44,046 bases of DNA, taken from assembly GCA_045114665.1 (NCBI GenBank), contig JBGUKW010000076.1:1-44046 (forward strand), in the 5' to 3' direction. Source of the DNA: Candidatus Xenobia bacterium (GTDB lineage: Bacteria > Vulcanimicrobiota > CADAWZ01). Of the stretch, positions 16,909 through 25,451 are shown in pieces. Each line of letters starts with the position of its first letter. Within the stretch, counting starts at the first letter, position 1. The translations under genes were made by a program, and so were the position numbers. A model generated the notes under the pieces. That model did not search any database. It worked only from the letters and a program-made list of their open reading frames with translations, and was not told the DNA's origin.

Positions 16909-17739
16909 ATGGAAGATAATAAAATAACATGTCCACGTTGTGAAGGAAGTGGATTATGTATTGAATGTGAAGGTAAGGGATTTATTCCTTGTCCTGATTG
17001 TAATGAAAATATATCTACTTCTTGTAAAAAATGTTCTGGAACAGGGAAAATTTTTTGTTCACCAAAATGTGAAGTTTGTGATGGAAAAGGATATATAGAT
17101 TATTCGACAAGTTCTTATGGAGGTGGCGAACTTCCTAAATATAGAGAAGAATCTTTTGTTGTTTCTATTATTCCACAAAAACCTGTAGCAACTTTTGTTT
17201 TACTTGTTATTTCTGTTCTCTGCACTGTTTTCAGCGGAATTTTATTTGGTGAGGGCAATCTTTTATGGTATTTGGGTGTATTTATTCCTGTTCTTGCCAA
17301 AGACGGAGAATGGTGGAGATTTATAACTTCAATGTTTTTGCACGGAAATTTTTGGCATCTTGCTTTTAATATGTATTTTCTTTATTGTGTTGGACCTATT
17401 ATTGAACAATTAATGGGAACAAAAAAATATTTGATGTTATATTTTATTTCTGGAATACTTGGCAGTGTTTTAAGTATGATATTAATGCCTAAAGTAGCTT
17501 CTGTTGGAGCTTCTGGTGCTTTATTTGGACTTTTTGCTTCATATTTTGCATTACATGCAAGATTTCATTGTTTCCCACAAAACGTTATGAAAAATCTTTA
17601 TTTTTGGCTCGGAGTTAATGTGTTGTTTGGAATATTAATGCCGAGTATAAATATGTGGGCTCATGTTGGTGGATTTTTAAGTGGTTTTTTGTTTATTTAT
17701 TTGTTCCCAAATCCAGATAAAAGAAATTTTAGAAGATAG
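16909..17739 (+). CDS. Rhomboid intramembrane serine protease with an N-terminal DnaJ-type (CxxCxGxG)x4 zinc-finger domain
   Basis: Rhomboid motifs: EWWRFITSMFLHGNFWHLAFNM, GASGALFG (catalytic Ser) and AHVGGFLSG (catalytic His). N-terminal motifs: CPRCEGSG, CIECEGKG, CKKCSGTG and CEVCDGKG. Confidence 0.85.
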   Translation: MEDNKITCPRCEGSGLCIECEGKGFIPCPDCNENISTSCKKCSGTGKIFCSPKCEVCDGKGYIDYSTSSYGGGELPKYREESFVVSIIPQKPVATFVLLVISVLCTVFSGILFGEGNLLWYLGVFIPVLAKDGEWWRFITSMFLHGNFWHLAFNMYFLYCVGPIIEQLMGTKKYLMLYFISGILGSVLSMILMPKVASVGASGALFGLFASYFALHARFHCFPQNVMKNLYFWLGVNVLFGILMPSINMWAHVGGFLSGFLFIYLFPNPDKRNFRR

Positions 17740-17741
17740 TC

Positions 17742-19100
17742 ATGAAAATTATTATATATGGAATAACTGATATTTCTTATCTCATCGTGAAAGATTTATG
17801 TAAAACTCATGATATAACTCTTATTGATGATAAAGAAGAATTACCTTCAAAATTTGAGAAACTTGATATAAGTTTCATTTCAGGTAATATTTCTGATAAA
17901 TCTGTTTTGAAAAGTGCTAATGTTTCGGAATGTGATTTGTTTATTGCCTGTAGTGGGTATGATGAATCAAATATTGTAGCTTCATGGTCTGTAATGAGAG
18001 TTTCAAATATTGAAACAGTTTGTTTTGTGAGTAAACTTGAATATTTTCATAACATATCTACTGATGATTTTTTTATATCAGAAGTTGGAATTGACCATGT
18101 TATGTGGCCAGAAGAATCACTTGTAAGAGAAATTTTTAGAATTGTTTCTGTTCCTGAAGTTGTTTATGTGGATTATTTTGAAAAAGGAAAAGCAAGGCTT
18201 TTTGAATATAAGATAAAAGAGGATTTTCCACTTTTAAATAAAGAGTTGAAATATTGCTCATTTCCTCCTGAGACAATTATGGTTGCACTTACTAGAAATG
18301 GGGAATTATTTATTCCAAATGGTTCAACTAAAATTCTTGCAGGTGATAAACCTATTTTTGTTGGAAGTCAAAAGGGAATGAGTCTTTTAGCTCGTAATTT
18401 TTTTTCAACAAAAGAAGAAAGAATTGACAGTGCTGTTATAATTGGCGGTGGAAATATTGGATTTATGCTTGCAAAAAGGCTTGAATCTGTAAATATATCT
18501 ACAAAGATAATAGAAAAAGATAAGAGTAGATGTGAATATCTTGCAGATAAACTGTCAAAAACACTTATTATAAATTCTTCTGGTGTTGACACAGACTTAT
18601 TTTATGAAGAGGAAATTGGTGAAGCAGATGCTGTCATAAATGTAACAAGTAATGATGAAACAAACTTATTTTGTTCTGTTTTAGCTCGTCAATTAGGGGC
18701 TAAAAAAATTTTTTCAAAAACGAGTTCAGATTCGTTAGTACCGATTTTTGAAAAAGCAGGTGTTGATGTAATACTTTCACCAGGTAGAACGATTTTAAAT
18801 GAATTAAAGAGCAGAATAATAAATAAGGATGAAAATATTTTATCTCTTGTTGGAAAGGGGCAGGGAAGTCTTTTTGAAATTGATGTCCCTTTTGCTTTTG
18901 ATGGTTACCAAGTAAAAGACCTTCATTTGCCTTATAATGCGATTATTGCTGTTGTAAAAAAAGTTCGTAAAGTTACAATTCCAAAAGGTAATACTGTATT
19001 GAATAAAAATGATAAGATGATTATTTTTACTAAATCTGAAAATGCTGTTGGGGTAAAAGAATTCTTTAGAAAAAAAGAAGATAATTTAAATGAGACTTGA
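17742..19100 (+). CDS. trkA: Trk potassium uptake system, NAD-binding subunit
   Basis: 452 aa with two RCK halves. The second Rossmann motif is IIGGGNIGFMLA. Overlaps trkH by 11 nt. Confidence 0.85.
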   Translation: MKIIIYGITDISYLIVKDLCKTHDITLIDDKEELPSKFEKLDISFISGNISDKSVLKSANVSECDLFIACSGYDESNIVASWSVMRVSNIETVCFVSKLEYFHNISTDDFFISEVGIDHVMWPEESLVREIFRIVSVPEVVYVDYFEKGKARLFEYKIKEDFPLLNKELKYCSFPPETIMVALTRNGELFIPNGSTKILAGDKPIFVGSQKGMSLLARNFFSTKEERIDSAVIIGGGNIGFMLAKRLESVNISTKIIEKDKSRCEYLADKLSKTLIINSSGVDTDLFYEEEIGEADAVINVTSNDETNLFCSVLARQLGAKKIFSKTSSDSLVPIFEKAGVDVILSPGRTILNELKSRIINKDENILSLVGKGQGSLFEIDVPFAFDGYQVKDLHLPYNAIIAVVKKVRKVTIPKGNTVLNKNDKMIIFTKSENAVGVKEFFRKKEDNLNET

Positions 19101-20562
19101 TTATATTACAAGTGTTATCGGAATCGTTTTGATGTATTTCGGTGCATTGTTTTTATTTCCAATATTTGTTGCTATATATTATTCCGAATATTTAGCTATT
19201 TTTCCATTTTTAATAGGAGGAATAGCTTCTAATTTGTTTGGATTATTTTTGTACAAATTATTCGGTATAAAAACTGAACTTAAAGAGATAAAGAAAAAAG
19301 AAGCTCTATGTATAGTTGCTTGTATTTGGGTATTGCTTTCTCTTTTTGCCTCTATACCATTTTTATTTTTTGGACTTTCCTTAGTTGATTCAATTTTTGA
19401 AGCTACATCAGGAATTTCTACGTGTGGAGCTTCAATATTAACTGATTTTTCAATGTTGCCGAAGAGTGGTTTTTTTTGGAGATCCTTTTGTCAATGGCTT
19501 GGTGGTATTGGAATAATCGTTATATTTATTGCAGTCCTTCCACAATTTGCTTTTGCAGGACGACAATTTTTCTTTTCTGAATCGGCCCTGCAGAGTAGTG
19601 ATAGAAATACATTTAGAGTTCAGTATTATGCTTATAACATTATAGCTGTTTATATAATTTTATCTATATCGGCTGTTATTGCTTTAAAATGTGCTGGAAT
19701 GCCATTTTTTGATTCTGTCTGTAATATGTTTTCCATGATTTCAGCAGGTGGTCTTTCACCACATCCAAATAGTATAGCTGGATATCATAGCAATGCTATT
19801 GTTTGGGTATGTATAGTATTCATGTTCCTCGCTGGTGTTAATTTTACTATTCAATATAAAGTCATTTTTCAAAGAAATTTTAAAATACTATTGAGGAATT
19901 CAGAATACAATTTTTATTTTATATTTTTTATAATTGCATCACTTTTAGTTACAATCTTAATAACATGTGATCCTAATTCTGTTTGTAAAGGAATGTGGTC
20001 TGATAATTTTAGAAATTCACTTTTTCATACTCTATCAATCATGACGAGCACAGGATTTTATTGTGTAGATCACGATCTTTGGGATTCAAAAGCAAAAATG
20101 GTTTTAATATCTTTGATTTTTATGGGAGCCTCAGCAGGTTCTGCTGGAGGTGGTTTAAAAATAGCTCGAATTGTTTATATTATGAGATTTTTAGTTAGAG
20201 AAGTTAAATTATTGCTACATCCAAAGGCGATAATCCCAATAAAATTAGATCAAAAATCAGTTGCTGAATCTATTGGTCAACAAATAATTAGTTTTGTATT
20301 TTTATATTTTGCAGTTTATCTTATTATTGGTTTTATCATAACCATGATTGAAAATGATATACTCAAAGGTTTTCTTTCTACAGCAATAACATTGGGAAAT
20401 ACAGGACTTGGTTTTGCACCTTTTGGACCAACAGGCGGATTTGCTCACATGAGTACAATATCGAAATATATATTGTCTTTGACCATGATAATTGGACGAC
20501 TTGAACTCATTCCATTTTTGATTATATTTAATAAAGATTACTGGCATATAAGTAGAAAATAA
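19090..20562 (+). CDS. trkH: Trk potassium uptake system, membrane subunit
   Basis: 490 aa, polytopic. Four P-loop-like glycine motifs: SGISTCG, ISAGGLS, MTSTGF and LGNTGLG. Confidence 0.88.
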   Translation: MRLDYITSVIGIVLMYFGALFLFPIFVAIYYSEYLAIFPFLIGGIASNLFGLFLYKLFGIKTELKEIKKKEALCIVACIWVLLSLFASIPFLFFGLSLVDSIFEATSGISTCGASILTDFSMLPKSGFFWRSFCQWLGGIGIIVIFIAVLPQFAFAGRQFFFSESALQSSDRNTFRVQYYAYNIIAVYIILSISAVIALKCAGMPFFDSVCNMFSMISAGGLSPHPNSIAGYHSNAIVWVCIVFMFLAGVNFTIQYKVIFQRNFKILLRNSEYNFYFIFFIIASLLVTILITCDPNSVCKGMWSDNFRNSLFHTLSIMTSTGFYCVDHDLWDSKAKMVLISLIFMGASAGSAGGGLKIARIVYIMRFLVREVKLLLHPKAIIPIKLDQKSVAESIGQQIISFVFLYFAVYLIIGFIITMIENDILKGFLSTAITLGNTGLGFAPFGPTGGFAHMSTISKYILSLTMIIGRLELIPFLIIFNKDYWHISRK

Positions 20563-20563
20563 T

Positions 20564-20600
20564 AAAAAAATGTGTTGTGATTTTTCACAACACATTTTTT
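20564..20600. terminator. Bidirectional rho-independent terminator
   Basis: A7 run, then a TGTGTTGTGA-tttt-TCACAACACA stem, then a T6 run, between convergent genes. Confidence 0.8.
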
Positions 20601-20611
20601 CACTTTATGTA

Positions 20612-20935
20612 TTAACGATTGTGGTAGCGATTGTGATGACCTGGATGATGTGGTTTGTGGTGTGGCTTATGATGTCTTTCAACTACTTTACAATTATGAC
20701 ATCTGCATTTTGGTGAACATTCACCTGGACGGCAAAAACCATCTCTTATACATCTGCAATTTGGTGGACATATACGTTTGTGATTTTTATGATGTTGTTT
20801 TTTGTGATGTTTGTGATGCTTTTGTGCTACTATTTGAGGAGTTCCTACATTTACTTGTATTACATTTGCAAATGCAGAACAAGTGCTTAAGAAGAACATG
20901 AATATTACTGCTATTATTGTAACTTTTTTATTCAT
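20612..20935 (-). CDS. Small secreted His- and Cys-rich protein
   Basis: 107 aa. Signal peptide MNKKVTIIAVIFMFFLSTCSAFA. An 8-Cys core (ICPPNCRCIRDGFCRPGECSPKCRCHNC) is flanked by HHKHHKKQHHKNHK and HHKPHHKPHHPGHHNRYHNR. Confidence 0.65.
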   Translation of the reverse strand: MNKKVTIIAVIFMFFLSTCSAFANVIQVNVGTPQIVAQKHHKHHKKQHHKNHKRICPPNCRCIRDGFCRPGECSPKCRCHNCKVVERHHKPHHKPHHPGHHNRYHNR

Positions 20936-21056
20936 AATTTTTTACCTCTTTCTTTATTTTTTTCTTAATATTAAAGTAGTAGTTTTTTTTTATTATATTT
21001 CATTAAAAAAAATTAAATATTTTATTTTTTTATCTGTTCACATTTAAGAAAACTAT

Positions 21057-22259
21057 TTAATTTTTCTCCCTGATTCTTCTTAGCATAGCAAATTCATCGA
21101 GATTTTTATCGAGCATAGCCGTATCGCTACTATGAACAACTTCTCTATATTTTCCATCTCCACAGAGAATAGGATTTGGCAAAGTCAATGAAGTTATATC
21201 TCCATTTGGTGTCAACATTTCCAAGGTCTCACCTGCATACATGTTGCCTTTTACTTTAAATTCCCTCATGTCATCTTTTATATTTCCTGTACCATGAGCT
21301 ATAAATTCTGCGTCAGAAATATATTTTGCTAAATCTGTGCTGTAGTCATTTTCATTGACTTGACCATTTCTCATGAAACCTTCCGAATATCTTCTGTTTG
21401 ATACTCTTGAAAGAAGTTCTAAACATTTTTCATCAGGTATTTCTTTTCCGTTGAGTAATTGTCTATAAATAGAAACAACAGAAGCCAAATAATGAATATT
21501 TTTCATTCTACCTTCTATTTTTAGTGAAGTTACCCCCACTTCTTGAAGTTGTTTTACAAATCTGTAAAGTGCTAAATCCCTTGAATTGAACAAATAAAGT
21601 CCTCTTTCATCTTCAAATACAGGCATATACTCATTTGGTCTCGTCTCTTCTGAAAGATAGTATTTCCACCTACAACTTTGGGCACATTGTCCCTTATTTG
21701 CTCCTCTTTTTGCAAGATAATCACTTATTGCACACCTACCAGAATATGAAAAACAGACTGAGCCATGAATAAAAACTTCAGTTTCTATTTTTCCATTTGT
21801 GTCTTCTGCTATCTGTTTTATTTCATTAAAAGAAAGTTCTCTTGCTAAATTTACTCTTGTAGCTCCCATTTTTGAATAAAAAAGTGATGTTTGAGAACTC
21901 ACAGTATTTGCCTGTGTGCTTACATGAATTGGAATTTTAGGACATGTTTCAATAAGTGTTGAGATAAGCCCAACATCTGCAACAATAAAAGCGTCTACTC
22001 CTATTTCTTCGAGCCTTCGAGCTGTTTTTTTGAGGTCTTCATATTCATTGGAGCGTGGATATATATTTAATGTTATAAATCCCTGTTTTCCTAATTTATG
22101 TAAATGATTTAATCCCTCTTCAGCTTCTTCAAAAGTAAAATTTCCTGCAAAACTTCTGAGAGAAAAATTTTTCATTCCAAAATATACTTCGTCTGCCCCA
22201 TAAGCAGAAACCCAGTAAAGTTTTTCAAGAGTTCCTGCAGGTGCTAATAACTTCGTCAT
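21057..22259 (-). CDS. Peptidase U32 family protein
   Basis: 400 aa. N-terminus LLAPAGTLEKL..VSAYGADEVYFG. A Cys cluster (CFSYSGRCAISDY...CAQSC) is typical of the family. Confidence 0.85.
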   Translation of the reverse strand: MTKLLAPAGTLEKLYWVSAYGADEVYFGMKNFSLRSFAGNFTFEEAEEGLNHLHKLGKQGFITLNIYPRSNEYEDLKKTARRLEEIGVDAFIVADVGLISTLIETCPKIPIHVSTQANTVSSQTSLFYSKMGATRVNLARELSFNEIKQIAEDTNGKIETEVFIHGSVCFSYSGRCAISDYLAKRGANKGQCAQSCRWKYYLSEETRPNEYMPVFEDERGLYLFNSRDLALYRFVKQLQEVGVTSLKIEGRMKNIHYLASVVSIYRQLLNGKEIPDEKCLELLSRVSNRRYSEGFMRNGQVNENDYSTDLAKYISDAEFIAHGTGNIKDDMREFKVKGNMYAGETLEMLTPNGDITSLTLPNPILCGDGKYREVVHSSDTAMLDKNLDEFAMLRRIREKN

Positions 22260-22345
22260 TTCTTTTGTCCTTCCGTTATCGTATTTAGTCTGTACTATTT
22301 TGTCAGTCGCCTGCTGTTGTTAGTATAGTGTCATTAAAGTTATAA

Positions 22346-22576
22346 TTAACCCATTGTGTTAGTTAATTCAAAAAAATAAGTAAATAAAAAGTTACTGAAA
22401 ACTATCCAATATATGCCTATTTACTATCACTTTGTCATTGCGAGGCGAAGCCGTGGCAATCTAAGCCTGTAAATTATTATTTACTTGAAAAATAAGTCGA
22501 TCGCTTCTAGTTTATAGTATTGTAGCAGACTTGTTTTATAAACTACTAAATTTAAACTAAGCGGTTGACATTGCCC
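22346..22576 (-). mobile_element. MITE-like element, copy D (truncated)
   Basis: The left end TTAACCCATTGTGTTAGTTAA and the CACTTTGTCATTGCGAGGCGAAGCCGTGGCAATCTAAGCCTGTAAATT module match copy B. The distal part is degenerate and ends at the stop of gene 22577..23758. Confidence 0.6.
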
Positions 22577-23758
22577 CTATCTTTTTCTCCAAATTCGATT
22601 ATAATCATCTAAATCTACATTTGGATCAAATAGAGAAGAATTTGTCTGCACTATTGTTCCATCATCACTTTCAAATGTATGCCTGTAACTATCACCAACA
22701 TTATATGGTAGCTCCGTCCAATTGCGACTATAATTAAAATCCTTGTCTGGCTCAAATAGAGAAGAATTTGTCCTAATTATCGTTCCATCATCTCTTTCAA
22801 AAGCATACATATAATTATAATCACCTTTATAGGCTCTTTCTGTTGTTGAATCCTCCTCATGAGTATTATTTATTTGAGTATTATTTTGAGTGTTATTATT
22901 TATGTGATTACCATTTGTTCGACTGTGATACATAGCCCTGATTCTATCTTGAGATTCAGAAGTATTTCTATTTATGCTTCTGTAAATCTCGTCTATTTCT
23001 TTTCTTGTCTGTGCTATTTTATCCCAAGATGAAGATGTATTACTTGTTTTTTGAGATGATGATTTACTCTTTTGTGAAAAGAATGAATCTTTTAATTTTA
23101 ACCAATTTTTATCTATTTGAATTTGTTGTATTTTCTTTGATAATTCAGAAAATAAATTTTGATGTTCATTTTTTAATGTTACTCTTATTTCTTTTATACT
23201 ACCAGGATTTAAATCAAGTACCATGCCGTTTGGAAACATAAAAGGAGTTAACATATTAAAAGGAACAGGTTCTCTTATTGAGGCTATTTCTAAAGTTGTT
23301 ATAGTATCAAAACCATTTATTTTTCCACTTATTGTTGCAGATCTGTATGTATATTGTCCATAGTGAGCCAATGAATTAACCCCAATAGATTTAAAGCCGT
23401 TTATTTTTTGGTTTATGTGTGATTTTATGCTCTGTTCTACTTTTTGTGAAGGCTGATTTGTTTCTCTTAATATCCTAAAATTGAATATTTGTTGTTGCAA
23501 CATTTGCATTATAGAAAAATATTCCACATCAGCACTGACATAATGTAATCCAAAAGCAATAGGCAAAATGGAAAAACTTTCTACTTTGTCAGGACTTTCT
23601 GCCGTTATGTATATGACTATATTTTTATTTGGAAAATTCCAAACTATATTTGGAGTATAATTCCAACCTGTTGGAATTTCCATTGTTCCAAATGTCGTTT
23701 TAAACATTGGATCGACAATATTAATTTTTGTATAAGTGAAATTTGTATTATTGACCAT
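22577..23758 (-). CDS. Hypothetical protein, paralog of 23748..25118, with no signal peptide
   Basis: 393 aa, alignable by eye with the upstream gene (TMEIPTGWNYTPNIVWN, ISGKINGFDT, NTSESQDRIR). The C-terminus carries a duplicated module, [ES].DDGTI[IV].TNSSLF[ED]P. Confidence 0.7.
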   Translation of the reverse strand: MVNNTNFTYTKINIVDPMFKTTFGTMEIPTGWNYTPNIVWNFPNKNIVIYITAESPDKVESFSILPIAFGLHYVSADVEYFSIMQMLQQQIFNFRILRETNQPSQKVEQSIKSHINQKINGFKSIGVNSLAHYGQYTYRSATISGKINGFDTITTLEIASIREPVPFNMLTPFMFPNGMVLDLNPGSIKEIRVTLKNEHQNLFSELSKKIQQIQIDKNWLKLKDSFFSQKSKSSSQKTSNTSSSWDKIAQTRKEIDEIYRSINRNTSESQDRIRAMYHSRTNGNHINNNTQNNTQINNTHEEDSTTERAYKGDYNYMYAFERDDGTIIRTNSSLFEPDKDFNYSRNWTELPYNVGDSYRHTFESDDGTIVQTNSSLFDPNVDLDDYNRIWRKR

Positions 23759-25118
23759 TTTGATTTTCCAATGGATTTATGATTTGCATTTCTGTCCATT
23801 CTTTACCTGACAACCCTCCGCCTGAATTTGGATCAAATGCAGGTGAATCAGATTCAATTATTGTTCCATCTTTTGATTGCCAAATGTGATTTGCTGTACT
23901 GTCAACAGTTCTTCGTCCATCTATTGGACTTTCAACAAGTGATTGACCTGTTCTATAATATCCCCATGCTTCTCTCACTCTGTCCATCGACTCAGATGTG
24001 TTTTGTTGCATTTCTCTTGAAATATTGTTTATATCAGCAATATGCTGTGAAACAATATTTGCCATTCTCTCTCTACTCTGTGCAATTTCTGTTGTTGCCC
24101 TTTGGGCTAATTGTGAAGTAAATTTATCTCTTGCTGATAACCATCTTTGATCAATATTTAATTTTGATATTTTTTCTTCAAGATTTGGAAGAAGGTGTTC
24201 ATGCTCAGATTTTACAGTTCTTACACAAGTTATTATTTGACCAATATTTGAATCATATTCTATTCCATTTGGTAATTTTATAATACCATGATACATGGAT
24301 TTTGGAATAGGAAGTCTTATTGATAATATCTCAATAACAGTTACTGTATCCCTACCGTTTATTTTTCCAGTTATCTTAGAATTTCTATATGTGTATGAGC
24401 CATTATGTGCAAGTGGTACTTGTACATTTCTGTAAGTATTCAGAAGAGAATTAATTTGGTCTTTTATCTTTTGATTTGGTTCTGTTGTTGATTCTATTAC
24501 TTTAAAATCATTTATTCGTTTTTTTAATTCTGATACTTGTGAATTGTACTCTGCATCTGCTTTTACATAAGGAAGTCCAATACTTATTGGTTGATACCAA
24601 AAACTTTCAATTCCATCAGGGGCTATTCCTGATATACCACCAACAATATTTCCAGATGAGGCATTCCAAAATATATTTGGCTTGTAACTCCACCCCGCAG
24701 GAATTTCCATTGTACATAGAGGGGTATTTATGTTTGGATCTATAATTGTTACTGTTTCATAATGGTAATCATAATTTAAATTAGCTTGTTTGGACTTAGT
24801 AATTTTATTTTTTGTGACTGTTTTTGGGGGAATATTAGCAATATTTGTTTTGCCGTCTTCATCATTATCCCATTCTACAACAACTCCACTAACTTCGACT
24901 TCTCCATCATCTTCGTTATCTGATTCTACTTCAACTGCCTCTGGATCATTGGGAGTTTGAGATTTTGGAGCTACTGCAACTTTTGATTCTTTTTCTTCTT
25001 TTAATGTCTGTTTCTGTTCAGTTGTCTGTTTTGTCGTCTGTGCATTTTCTTTCTTTTCAAAACAACCTGTTGACAGCATTGCCAAACATATTGCAATTAT
25101 CGCCAATATTTTTTTCAT
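23748..25118 (-). CDS. Lipoprotein, paralog of 22577..23758
   Basis: 456 aa. Lipobox in MKKILAIIAICLAMLSTGC, then an acidic low-complexity linker, then the shared domain (TMEIPAGWSYKPNIFWN, ITGKINGRDT, NTSESMDRVR) and one SKDGTIIESDSPAFDP module. Confidence 0.75.
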   Translation of the reverse strand: MKKILAIIAICLAMLSTGCFEKKENAQTTKQTTEQKQTLKEEKESKVAVAPKSQTPNDPEAVEVESDNEDDGEVEVSGVVVEWDNDEDGKTNIANIPPKTVTKNKITKSKQANLNYDYHYETVTIIDPNINTPLCTMEIPAGWSYKPNIFWNASSGNIVGGISGIAPDGIESFWYQPISIGLPYVKADAEYNSQVSELKKRINDFKVIESTTEPNQKIKDQINSLLNTYRNVQVPLAHNGSYTYRNSKITGKINGRDTVTVIEILSIRLPIPKSMYHGIIKLPNGIEYDSNIGQIITCVRTVKSEHEHLLPNLEEKISKLNIDQRWLSARDKFTSQLAQRATTEIAQSRERMANIVSQHIADINNISREMQQNTSESMDRVREAWGYYRTGQSLVESPIDGRRTVDSTANHIWQSKDGTIIESDSPAFDPNSGGGLSGKEWTEMQIINPLENQNGQ

Positions 25119-25228
25119 GTTTTTTCCTCTTTTATAGGTACATTCTTATAATTTTATTTTCGACGATCTTATAAAAATTTCTTTCAATTTTCAAGGTTTA
25201 TAAAAATTTTAAAAGAACTTTATAAAAA

Positions 25229-25241
25229 TTACAGCAATTTT
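25229..25241 (+). promoter_or_regulatory. Copy of the exact 13-mer TTACAGCAATTTT
   Basis: Identical to the sites at 34288, 34461, 34489 (reverse complement) and 34503 (reverse complement). Lies in a divergent intergenic region. Confidence 0.5.
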
Positions 25242-25283
25242 GATGGGGCTTTGAAAAAATAAAATAATTTGTTATCTTCTTTC

Positions 25284-25404
25284 ACAACTTTTTGGGTGCA
25301 ATACGCTCACTAGTTCTCTTTTTTCCACATATATAGTTCTAATGCAAGATACTACTACGGAAAAAAGACATATCGTTCGCTGTATTGCAGTGCACAAAAG
25401 TTGT
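25284..25404 (+). ncRNA. Candidate structured RNA or long imperfect palindrome in the leader of 25452..27440
   Basis: Three co-linear helices: 25284-25292/25396-25404 (9 bp), 25297-25304/25382-25389 (8 bp), 25317-25326/25359-25368 (10 bp). Locally more GC-rich than its surroundings. The strand is assumed from the downstream gene. Confidence 0.4.
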
Positions 25405-25451
25405 TCATTTAGAGTTTTTTCACAGTCCTATAATAAAAAACTGGAGGTAAA

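Noticed and set aside
2645-22576. CRISPR array formed by the GTCATTGCGAGG / GCAATC repeats
   Set aside because: The copies are kilobases apart, are internally inverted rather than direct, have no regular repeat-spacer periodicity, and no cas genes are present.
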